The translations under genes and the position numbers were made by a program. The notes beneath the pieces are model-generated. The model was given only the letters and a program-made list of their open reading frames with translations, did no database searches and had not been told where the DNA came from. 64,000 nucleotides of DNA from Eledone cirrhosa (lineage: Eukaryota): contig OZ024740.1 of NCBI GenBank assembly GCA_964016885.1, forward strand, positions 368,342,001 to 368,406,000, in the 5' to 3' direction. This document shows, piece by piece, positions 15,219 through 27,400 of the stretch (position 1 is its first letter; every line of letters starts with the position of its first letter).

Positions 15219-18200
15219 GTATTCTATAAGTCTCTAGCTGTGTCATTCTCGATAAAAGCACTGGATATGTAGTCCTGATGAATTCTAACAAGAATGAAAC
15301 GCGTAGATTACTTCCCTTGCTTTTATCGAGAATCTAATTGTAATACGTGACGTATTCTATTCTATAGCGATTAGGTCTTCAAAATGTTTATTATAAACAT
15401 ACAGAATATTTTCGAATATTCTATGTCTATATTCATATATATATCGCTATTTCAGAGCATTTATTCCAATTTCTAATTTCTGCCGGACCGGCAACCGCTC
15501 TTTCAAACCAGTTCCTGTACACAGCTAAGTATTCTATAAGTCTCTAGCTGTGTCATTCTCGATAAAAGCACTGGATATGTAGTCCTGATGAATTCTAACA
15601 AGAATGAAACGCGTAGATTACTTCCCTTGCTTTTATCGAGAATCTAATTGTAATACGTGACGTATTCTATTCTATAGCGATTAGGTCTTCAAAATGTTTA
15701 TTATAAACATACAGAATATTTTCGAATATTCTATGTCTATATTCATATATATATCGCTATTTCAGAGCATTTATTCCAATTTCTAATTTCTGCCGGACCG
15801 GCAACCGCTCTTTCAAACCAGTTCCTGTACACAGCTAAGTATTCTATAAGTCTCTAGCTGTGTCATTCTCGATAAAAGCACTGGATATGTAGTCCTGATG
15901 AATTCTAACAAGAATGAAACGCGTAGATTACTTCCCTTGCTTTTATCGAGAATCTAATTGTAATACGTGACGTATTCTATTCTATAGCGATTAGGTCTTC
16001 AAAATGTTTATTATAAACATACAGAATATTTTCGAATATTCTATGTCTATATTCATATATATATCGCTATTTCAGAGCATTTATTCCAATTTCTAATTTC
16101 TGCCGGACCGGCAACCGCTCTTTCAAACCAGTTCCTGTACACAGCTAAGTATTCTATAAGTCTCTAGCTGTGTCATTCTCGATAAAAGCACTGGATATGT
16201 AGTCCTGATGAATTCTAACAAGAATGAAACGCGTAGATTACTTCCCTTGCTTTTATCGAGAATCTAATTGTAATACGTGACGTATTCTATTCTATAGCGA
16301 TTAGGTCTTCAAAATGTTTATTATAAACATACAGAATATTTTCGAATATTCTATGTCTATATTCATATATATATCGCTATTTCAGAGCATTTATTCCAAT
16401 TTCTAATTTCTGCCGGACCGGCAACCGCTCTTTCAAACCAGTTCCTGTACACAGCTAAGTATTCTATAAGTCTCTAGCTGTGTCATTCTCGATAAAAGCA
16501 CTGGATATGTAGTCCTGATGAATTCTAACAAGAATGAAACGCGTAGATTACTTCCCTTGCTTTTATCGAGAATCTAATTGTAATACGTGACGTATTCTAT
16601 TCTATAGCGATTAGGTCTTCAAAATGTTTATTATAAACATACAGAATATTTTCGAATATTCTATGTCTATATTCATATATATATCGCTATTTCAGAGCAT
16701 TTATTCCAATTTCTAATTTCTGCCGGACCGGCAACCGCTCTTTCAAACCAGTTCCTGTACACAGCTAAGTATTCTATAAGTCTCTAGCTGTGTCATTCTC
16801 GATAAAAGCACTGGATATGTAGTCCTGATGAATTCTAACAAGAATGAAACGCGTAGATTACTTCCCTTGCTTTTATCGAGAATCTAATTGTAATACGTGA
16901 CGTATTCTATTCTATAGCGATTAGGTCTTCAAAATGTTTATTATAAACATACAGAATATTTTCGAATATTCTATGTCTATATTCATATATATATCGCTAT
17001 TTCAGAGCATTTATTCCAATTTCTAATTTCTGCCGGACCGGCAACCGCTCTTTCAAACCAGTTCCTGTACACAGCTAAGTATTCTATAAGTCTCTAGCTG
17101 TGTCATTCTCGATAAAAGCACTGGATATGTAGTCCTGATGAATTCTAACAAGAATGAAACGCGTAGATTACTTCCCTTGCTTTTATCGAGAATCTAATTG
17201 TAATACGTGACGTATTCTATTCTATAGCGATTAGGTCTTCAAAATGTTTATTATAAACATACAGAATATTTTCGAATATTCTATGTCTATATTCATATAT
17301 ATATCGCTATTTCAGAGCATTTATTCCAATTTCTAATTTCTGCCGGACCGGCAACCGCTCTTTCAAACCAGTTCCTGTACACAGCTAAGTATTCTATAAG
17401 TCTCTAGCTGTGTCATTCTCGATAAAAGCACTGGATATGTAGTCCTGATGAATTCTAACAAGAATGAAACGCGTAGATTACTTCCCTTGCTTTTATCGAG
17501 AATCTAATTGTAATACGTGACGTATTCTATTCTATAGCGATTAGGTCTTCAAAATGTTTATTATAAACATACAGAATATTTTCGAATATTCTATGTCTAT
17601 ATTCATATATATATCGCTATTTCAGAGCATTTATTCCAATTTCTAATTTCTGCCGGACCGGCAACCGCTCTTTCAAACCAGTTCCTGTACACAGCTAAGT
17701 ATTCTATAAGTCTCTAGCTGTGTCATTCTCGATAAAAGCACTGGATATGTAGTCCTGATGAATTCTAACAAGAATGAAACGCGTAGATTACTTCCCTTGC
17801 TTTTATCGAGAATCTAATTGTAATACGTGACGTATTCTATTCTATAGCGATTAGGTCTTCAAAATGTTTATTATAAACATACAGAATATTTTCGAATATT
17901 CTATGTCTATATTCATATATATATCGCTATTTCAGAGCATTTATTCCAATTTCTAATTTCTGCCCGACCGGCAACCGCTCTTTCAAACCAGTTCCTGTAC
18001 ACAGCTAAGTATTCTATAAGTCTCTAGCTGTGTCATTCTCGATAAAAGCACTGGATATGTAGTCCTGATGAATTCTAACAAGAATGAAACGCGTAGATTA
18101 CTTCCCTTGCTTTTATCGAGAATCTAATTGTAATACGTGACGTATTCTATTCTATAGCGATTAGGTCTTCAAAATGTTTATTATAAACATACAGAATATT

Positions 18201-20085
18201 TTCGAATATTCTATGTCTATATTCATATATATATCGCTATTTCAGAGCATTTATTCCAATTTCTAATTTCTGCCGGACCGGCAACCGCTCTTTCAAACCA
18301 GTTCCTGTACACAGCTAAGTATTCTATAAGTCTCTAGCTGTGTCATTCTCGATAAAAGCACTGGATATGTAGTCCTGATGAATTCTAACAAGAATGAAAC
18401 GCGTAGATTACTTCCCTTGCTTTTATCGAGAATCTAATTGTAATACGTGACGTATTCTATTCTATAGCGATTAGGTCTTCAAAATGTTTATTATAAACAT
18501 ACAGAATATTTTCGAATATTCTATGTCTATATTCATATATATATCGCTATTTCAGAGCATTTATTCCAATTTCTAATTTCTGCCGGACCGGCAACCGCTC
18601 TTTCAAACCAGTTCCTGTACACAGCTAAGTATTCTATAAGTCTCTAGCTGTGTCATTCTCGATAAAAGCACTGGATATGTAGTCCTGATGAATTCTAACA
18701 AGAATGAAACGCGTAGATTACTTCCCTTGCTTTTATCGAGAATCTAATTGTAATACGTGACGTATTCTATTCTATAGCGATTAGGTCTTCAAAATGTTTA
18801 TTATAAACATACAGAATATTTTCGAATATTCTATGTCTATATTCATATATATATCGCTATTTCAGAGCATTTATTCCAATTTCTAATTTCTGCCCGACCG
18901 GCAACCGCTCTTTCAAACCAGTTCCTGTACACAGCTAAGTATTCTATAAGTCTCTAGCTGTGTCATTCTCGATAAAAGCACTGGATATGTAGTCCTGATG
19001 AATTCTAACAAGAATGAAACGCGTAGATTACTTCCCTTGCTTTTATCGAGAATCTAATTGTAATACGTGACGTATTCTATTCTATAGCGATTAGGTCTTC
19101 AAAATGTTTATTATAAACATACAGAATATTTTCGAATATTCTATGTCTATATTCATATATATATCGCTATTTCAGAGCATTTATTCCAATTTCTAATTTC
19201 TGCCGGACCGGCAACCGCTCTTTCAAACCAGTTCCTGTACACAGCTAAGTATTCTATAAGTCTCTAGCTGTGTCATTCTCGATAAAAGCACTGGATATGT
19301 AGTCCTGATGAATTCTAACAAGAATGAAACGCGTAGATTACTTCCCTTGCTTTTATCGAGAATCTAATTGTAATACGTGACGTATTCTATTCTATAGCGA
19401 TTAGGTCTTCAAAATGTTTATTATAAACATACAGAATATTTTCGAATATTCTATGTCTATATTCATATATATATCGCTATTTCAGAGCATTTATTCCAAT
19501 TTCTAATTTCTGCCGGACCGGCAACCGCTCTTTCAAACCAGTTCCTGTACACAGCTAAGTATTCTATAAGTCTCTAGCTGTGTCATTCTCGATAAAAGCA
19601 CTGGATATGTAGTCCTGATGAATTCTAACAAGAATGAAACGCGTAGATTACTTCCCTTGCTTTTATCGAGAATCTAATTGTAATACGTGACGTATTCTAT
19701 TCTATAGCGATTAGGTCTTCAAAATGTTTATTATAAACATACAGAATATTTTCGAATATTCTATGTCTATATTCATATATATATCGCTATTTCAGAGCAT
19801 TTATTCCAATTTCTAATTTCTGCCGGACCGGCAACCGCTCTTTCAAACCAGTTCCTGTACACAGCTAAGTATTCTATAAGTCTCTAGCTGTGTCATTCTC
19901 GATAAAAGCACTGGATATGTAGTCCTGATGAATTCTAACAAGAATGAAACGCGTAGATTACTTCCCTTGCTTTTATCGAGAATCTAATTGTAATACGTGA
20001 CGTATTCTATTCTATAGCGATTAGGTCTTCAAAATGTTTATTATAAACATACAGAATATTTTCGAATATTCTATGTCTATATTCA

Positions 20086-20094
<9 letters not shown>
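15217..20094 (+). repeat. Tandem array of a 310-bp hammerhead-containing unit, ~15.7 copies (retrozyme-like)
   Basis: TGCCGGACCG recurs at 15481, 15791, 16101 ... 19821, an exact period of 310. Copies look identical except G>C at 17965 and 18895. No ORF. The array ends in (TA)n. Confidence 0.97.
15269..15311 (+). ncRNA. Type I hammerhead ribozyme, first of 16 direct copies (15269+310n; last 19919-19961)
   Basis: GTAGTC-CTGATGA-ATTCT AACA AGAAT-GAAA-CGCG-TA-GATTAC. Stem I is extended by a perfect 16-bp helix ATTCTCGATAAAAGCA/TGCTTTTATCGAGAAT beyond an internal loop. Predicted cleavage after GUA (15305). Confidence 0.92.
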
Positions 20095-20633
<539 letters not shown>

Positions 20634-20997
20634 TATACACTAGATATGACTTTCTATAATAATAGTACTAAACACTGTTTTTCTGGACCCCTTTAGAAAT
20701 AACCTGCTACTATAATAGCCCTAATAACTTGTCTGTGACATTGTACCACTTTGACACCTCTAACTAAATTTTGTCCGAACAACACCACTAGAAGTATCTA
20801 CTTCCCAGCCAACCTTAGCACGCCTCATTAAGCTAACTGCTGCCAAAACATTCTCTCTTCACAATCTCTACTAGTCTGACAGTCTTAAACCCTAAGACTC
20901 CCTCCACCTTACTCACTTCCCTCTTCCCCTTCTCTTCCTACCTCCTTCTTTATCTTTTATCTAGTGTATAAACTATTTTCACATCATTCTAATACAA

Positions 20998-21114
20998 AGG
21001 TCTGATGACATGGTGTGTTGGCTTACAGCGTACTTTCGGTTTTTGATAATATTTGTGTATTATTCAAATAGCGAGGTATAGGTAACTCATACACTATAGA
21101 AACAATTGTTACCT
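20998..21114 (+). ncRNA. Hammerhead ribozyme in 5' pseudo-LTR with ~90-nt stem II domain
   Basis: AGGT-CTGATGA-CATGGTGTGT...ATACACTATA-GAAA-CAATTG-TT-ACCT, followed by AATAAA. Confidence 0.7.
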
Positions 21115-21321
21115 AATAAATTCTATATACCCGCATTTCCATTTCGTAAATTTTTTCTCCATATTTTCTCCGGATTTTAAAACACACTTTATTATACGTT
21201 GAGCAATCTCTGACGTCAGTTGACTCCATCCAATGCAGCTACTTAGAAACATTGGAATACAAATTATCTAATTATTCACACTCCTTTACAGTCGAGCAAC
21301 CTATCAACCCGCGTCTTTGAA

Positions 21322-23605
21322 ATGGAAAAACATCATTGTGGTATGTCCTTAAAAAACATACCCATTCAGGGTGAAAAGGATTACATTCTTGGTATGATAC
21401 AAAGGACCAACGAATTTATTCGGCGGATTAGATGGAAGGCCTTCCACTTCGATCGGAAAATGATTACACAAACTTCGGACACCAACAACGAGAAGTTTGG
21501 TTTCAAATCCTACAAAAACCCACCCTTTAACCCTCTTTTGGATTCTTTCGAACAGGACTTAATGAAAATGATAACCGGAATCAAATTTACAGACGGAAGG
21601 AAAAACGAACTGCAACGAGATATTAAAACTCTACTCAACAACCTAAGGAATACCAAAGGAATTATCATAAAGGCAGACAAAACTTCGAATCTATACACCC
21701 TGGATGTAGAAACATATAACAATTTTATACGTAAGGAATTACATAGGAAATACAAAAAAACAAACGCAACTACACTAACCAACATTAATAACGCAGCATG
21801 TGTTATCGTTAGGAAACTGAAAATTGACGACAGAACGGTACCCCTATCCCCAGCTACACCGACTTTTAATCTGAAGGACCATAAGGATAACTTCGATACT
21901 AACCCTAAAATTAGATTAATATGTCCTTCAAAGTCCGATATAGGTAGGATTAGTAAGTACATATTAGATCGTATTATCCCCCAAGTTAAGGCTAAGGTAG
22001 ATATTAAATTATGGGGTAATACTCATCAGGCAATAAGATGGTTCAATAACATTAGGGACAAAAACAAATCTTCTTTTATTCAATTCCATATAGATGAATA
22101 CTATTCCTCTATTTCACCCGAAACCCTGCATAAGGCCCTCTCTTTCGCTAAGACTAACTCGGACCTCACAAACGAGGAAATTAATATTATACTTGAAGCT
22201 AGACGCACAGTAGTGCACTTTGAAAATAGTTATTGGGTCCGCAGGGATAGACCCTCGGAATTCGACATTACGATGGGTTCTAATGATTCGGCGGAGGTCA
22301 CGGATTTGGTTGGGATCTATATAGCCCATAGACTCCAGAGCGAATTTACGGACCTCCACGGCGGAATATACCGCGACGATACACTTCTATTAGTCAAGAA
22401 TATGAACAAACAAAACCTAGAAAGGCGACGTAAAAACATTAGGAAACTTTTCTTAGAACTAGGGCTTAATATTACCTTTGAACACAATCTTAAGGTGGTC
22501 AACTTCTTGGATGTTACCTTCAACCTTAATAACGGTAATATAGAGCCATTTCACAAACTTAAAAGAAAATCTTAAGTACGTTAATGTAAAATCGAACCAT
22601 CCTCATTCCATTATTAAATCTATCCCTAAAAATATATCCATAAGGATCTCCCGACTGTCGTCTAAGTTGCAGACCTTCAACGAGCATGCTGAATATTATA
22701 ATGACGCACTTAGAAAAGCTGGTTACTGCGAGAAAATTGAATATCTAGACGATAACCACATAAGTACTATGAATAAAACACATCTAAGTCGAACTAGTAT
22801 TGCACCACACACGCACATCAATAGGCATACTAACAGGTGCAAACCAGCAAATAGAGTCAGACGTAGAGAGTACATATGGTATAACCCCGTGTACAATTCT
22901 TCTATTAGCACTAAGATTATCTCACAATTCTATACACTAATCAATAAACACTTTACAACTTCACATAAATACTATAAAATCTTTAACTCGCGCACCATTA
23001 GACTCTCATACTCCACTGCACCTAACATAGAACAACTAATTAGAAAACTCAACTCAGCAATACTGAATAAGTACATCCCTAATGACTCAGCGCACCAGCA
23101 TAGTAACATGCAACGCACTAACACGCAACCGCAACCCCACCAAACTATCCAGGATTCTACTGCAAAACATAAAAATAGTTGTAACTGCACCAAACCAGGT
23201 ACGTGCCCACTGAATAACCAGTGCCTAGCACGCAATATTGTCTACCGGTGTACAATAAATTCCGGGACCAACAAATGGTATTACGTCGGATGTACCGCAA
23301 CTTCTTTCAAGGCTCGCCTATACCAACATCGATCTTCGATCAGGCACGAGAAAATGCGCTCCGTAACAACCCTCGCCGATAAAGCCTGGCAGCTTCGGGG
23401 GAACAATCAAGTGTTCTCCCTTGATTGGCAAATTATTGCAGCTGCGCCTGCATATCAGCAAAATCATCGATTCTGCAAGTTATGCAATTTAGAGGTATAC
23501 TGCATTTTAACGTCGGTAAACAAACTTTTGAACAGCAAAATTGAACGTTCTCTATACTGTAACCATCGTTTGAAAACGACTTTTTCTTTTTTTAAATGCA
23601 TATAA
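21322..23605 (+). pseudogene. PLE reverse transcriptase - GIY-YIG endonuclease polyprotein (~760 aa) with one frameshift
   Basis: Motifs KADKT, LKDHK, RLICP, ITMGS, YRDD, NFLDVTF. Removing one A at 22561-22564 joins HKLK to ENLKYVNVKSNHP, in frame with 22667-23605 (WYNP, CNCxxxxxCPL, IVY...YYVGCT, FKARLYQH, CKLCNLE, LLN, CNH). The motif-A Asp appears as His (FHI, 22087-22089). Confidence 0.9.
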
Positions 23606-24015
23606 TGTTACCTTTTTACACCAACGTTTGCAAATTTCTGTCTTATATGTTTATACACTAGATATGTCTTTCTATAATAATAGTACTAAACACTGTTTTT
23701 CTGGACCCCTTTAGAAATAACCTGCTACTATAATAGCCCTAATAACTTGTCTGTGACATTGTACCACTTTGACCCCTCTAACTAAATTTTGTCCGAACAA
23801 CACCACTAGAAGTATCTACTTCCCAGCCAACCTTAGCACGCCTCATTAAGCTAACTGCTGCCAAAACATTCTCTCTTCACAATCTCTACTAGTCTGACAG
23901 TCTTAAACCCTAAGACTCCCTCCACCTTACTCACTTCCCTCTTCCCCTTCTCTTCCTACCTCCTTCTTTATCTTTTATCTAGTGTATAAAATATTTTCAT
24001 ATCATTCTAATACAA

Positions 24016-24132
24016 AGGTCTGATGACATGGTGTGTTGGCTTACAGTGTACTTTCGGTTTTTGATAATATTTGTGTATTATTCAAATAGCGAGGTATAGG
24101 TAACTCATACACTATAGAAACAATTGTTACCT
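24016..24132 (+). ncRNA. Hammerhead ribozyme in 3' pseudo-LTR
   Basis: Same motif as 20998-21114. Confidence 0.7.
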
Positions 24133-24251
24133 AATAAATTCTATATACCCGCATTTCCATTTCGTAAATTTTTTTCTCCATATATATATATATATATAAA
24201 TATATATTCCAAGATAATAATAAATGGAAACTATATTTATAAAACCATGTT

Positions 24252-24316
24252 TATTTTATTATATATATTTCAAGGACGACCAAGCAAATCTTGGTGCGCT
24301 TTCATCAGATAAAATA
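24252..24316 (-). ncRNA. Type I hammerhead ribozyme (mutated mirror copy at 28835-28899 +)
   Basis: Minus strand reads TATTTTAT-CTGATGA-AAGCGCACCAAG ATTTG CTTGGTCGTCCTT-GAAA-TATATA-TA-ATAAAATA; the mirror copy has CTAATGA. Confidence 0.75.
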
Positions 24317-24411
24317 AAAAATTTGTTTTATAAATAATGACATACCCATGGAAATCACACCTTAACGGTCCGAATTCGGACCGTTAAGCTGTGATTTCCA
24401 TGCATATGTGA

Positions 24412-27400
24412 TCTCTATATATATAAAACGGTCTGACCGTGTCTATGTATGATTGTTATGCATTTCCACATTTCTCTACCGATTTTGATGAATTCTTTTC
24501 TAATGTGCTCCCAATTTACAAGGGCAGGTCAACACCTAATTATTTTTGCCAAATATTTCCTGCTTCTATGAACAAAAATCGATAAAACTAAATACATGCT
24601 GTAACCCTCTCTCTTACACGCTTCATTCCTCTCACTACTACCATCAAAAATATATGAAACTACATACATGTTGCAACTCTTTTAAAAGGTTCATCTTTTC
24701 CTATACTCCTCTCTCAATCTCCTCTGCAACTCTCTTTAAAAAGGTTCATCCCTCTCTCTACTCCCCCTCAATCTCCTCTGCAACTCTCTTTAAAAGGTCA
24801 CTGCCTCCGTTTACTACCCTATCACCATTACAGTTTTAAACAACGACAAAACCTATTTTGAAGGAACGCGACACAAACTTTGAAACCTAATCAACAAACA
24901 GTCATAACGACACTCATACATCAAATATCAAAATTTAAAAGGCCGATAACACTAAATACATACTGCTCTTTCAACGTTACATTTTATACATTTACATTTT
25001 ACAACAAATAACAACTATTCAAAAGCAACAGATGAATTTATAAAACAACAAACGTAACAATAACGACGCTTAAGCATTTATTTACATGATTCTCAACAAA
25101 GACATTATATTTTATTGTTGTCCTTTCTTTCTTTGTTTTTCTATATATATGAGACAAAAAATTGAGAAAACTTTTTTCACGGGATTCTATTCAAAGTCGG
25201 GACAATTATTGCTTTTGATCAGGAGAAGGTCATGGAGCAAAACAATTTCAAATCAATCAACAATAGGAGCAAAAATCGATCATGATAATTCCCTCTCTCT
25301 ATAATTTAACTGTTTTACTCTCTCTGTCGCCCTCACTCCCTATATGACAACACTGCAGAGAGAGAAACAATGTATATGATCAAATGGAGCGTTCCGTATA
25401 TTCCCCTCTCTATAATTTAACTGCTTCCCTCTCTCTATCGCTCTTCACTCCCTATATGACAACATTGCAGTGGAGCGTTCTGTATTGGAATACGGCTTAT
25501 CAGGGGCATTTTCAATCGGCTTATTGCAAATAACAACCCGCAAAATAACACTTTATATAACAGATTAATGCTATAGACATATGAATCGGAATGTAACCCG
25601 TGAACTTTTTCCTGGGCAAAATTATTCGAACAGACATGACCTCATTGCCAGAGTGTTCAGACTGGAACTGGCGAAGCTCATGGCTTTAATAAAAAAGGTC
25701 AGGTATTTGGGGCTGTAAAATGTGACATGCTCACCGTCGAATGGCAAAAACGAGGGCTGCCACATGCTCAGATTTTGATTTGGTTAGCTGATAAAATCAA
25801 TTCAAATACCATAGACAGCTTCATTTCGGCTGAAATCCCTAACCCAGCAACTGACAAGGAATTACATGACATCGTCAAAGCTAACATGGTCCGTGTGCGT
25901 CGGGTACTAATGAGCATCACACGTGTCTGAAAGGGGGGTCGTGCAGTAAGGGATACCCAAAATATTTGTTGACCAGATCAGACTGGTGTCGACGGGTATC
26001 CTCTGTACAGGCGGAGACGGCCCGAGAACGGTGGCTTCACTACAACAGTAAGGGGAGGTCAAGTCGACAATATATCGGTGGTCCCTTACTGCTCGCTTCT
26101 CTTGAAGATGTTCAACGCCCACATCAACTTTAAGTTTTGCAACTCCGTCAAGTCGATAAAATACATATGCAAATATGTAAATAAGGGCTCTAATGCCACG
26201 ATGTTCGCATTTCAAGGTGAAAATAGTAGGGACGACGTAACAGAATACCTGGCGGGGCGGTACATCAGTAGCAATGAAGCTTTTTGGCGACTATTTGGTT
26301 TACCCCTACACCAACGTCACCCAGCCATCGTACAGCTTGCGGTACATTTGGAAAAAAATGGGCAAAGGGTTTACTCTACGGACCAAACCGCCGCCAAGTT
26401 GGCCGCCGATCCGAAAGAGACAACTCTGAAAGGTTTCTTCAAACTTTGCTAGTTCGATACATTTGCGCAAACAATTGTGTACTCCCAGGTTCCATCCTAC
26501 TTTATATGGTTGAAAAACACTTGGGTGCGAAGAAAGTCAGGTCAGGCTGCTGAAAGACATCCTGGTGTAAAATTTGACAGCTGTCTTGGAAGTGTTTACA
26601 CTGTGCCGCCAAGTCAGCATGAATGCTTTCATCTCCGCCTTTTCTGCGTGAAGTTGTAGGCCCACAAAGTTTTCAGGACCTCAAAACTGTTGATGGAGAA
26701 ATATGTGATACGTGCCGGGAAGCCTGCTTTAAGCGTGGTCTTTTGGAAGATGATTCGCAATGGTATTCCACTTTAGCAGAGGGTGCTTTGTTGAAATCAC
26801 CTAAAGGTCTACGGGAACTCTTTGCCATTTTGCTTCAAAAGTGTGAAATGGGTGATTCCAAATATGTATGGGTCAAGTACAGAGACTTCATGTTTGAGGA
26901 CTTCCTGCGCTTGGCTCATTTGCAGTATACTTCAGTGGAAGTTGGTTACAGCGACATTATATACAACAGGGCACTCATTGATATCGAGGTCGCCCTCCTC
27001 GACATGGGTGGGAGTAATTTGGTGACGTATGGCTTGCCGTCAAGCGTCAGAAAGGAAGATAACACGTTGGCCCCGGATTTGTTGCGGGAAACAGCATATG
27101 ACATCGAATCTCTTTCCCAATACTTAGAGGAAAATGAGCCCAAACTTCTGTCGTACCAAAGGTTGGACTATTTAACTATCACTGACGCGGTTCAAAATCA
27201 GCCTGGGGGTATTTACTTTCTCGATGCTCCTGAGGGTACCGGAAAAACTTATGTAACGAAATTGATTCTCGCTAAGATTCGTCAGGAGAAACAAATTGCG
27301 TTGCCGTTGCATCGTCCGGGATCGCTGCTACTTTGCTGCCGGGAGGCAGGACAGCACATTCAACCTTTAAACTCCACTTGGATTTAGTAAAAACTGAGAC

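Larger units (their letters stand above)
20634..24183 (+). mobile_element. Near full-length Penelope-like element (Naiad-like) with two direct pseudo-LTRs
   Basis: ~530-bp direct repeats at 20634-21164 and 23652-24183 differ at about 6 positions and flank an RT + GIY-YIG coding region. Flanked by (TA)n on both sides. Confidence 0.93.

Noticed and set aside
15217-20094. CRISPR-like array or coding repeat
   Set aside because: Units are wholly identical with no unique spacers, no cas genes and no ORF; the context is eukaryotic.
22555-22575. Programmed ribosomal frameshift in the PLE ORF
   Set aside because: PLEs have a single ORF and the paralog reads through this region (YHKPSENLNYVN); a 1-nt indel or sequencing error is simpler.
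22565-23605. Selenocysteine recoding, as reported for some Naiad PLEs
   Set aside because: All Cys motif positions are ordinary Cys codons and there is no in-frame TGA in this segment.
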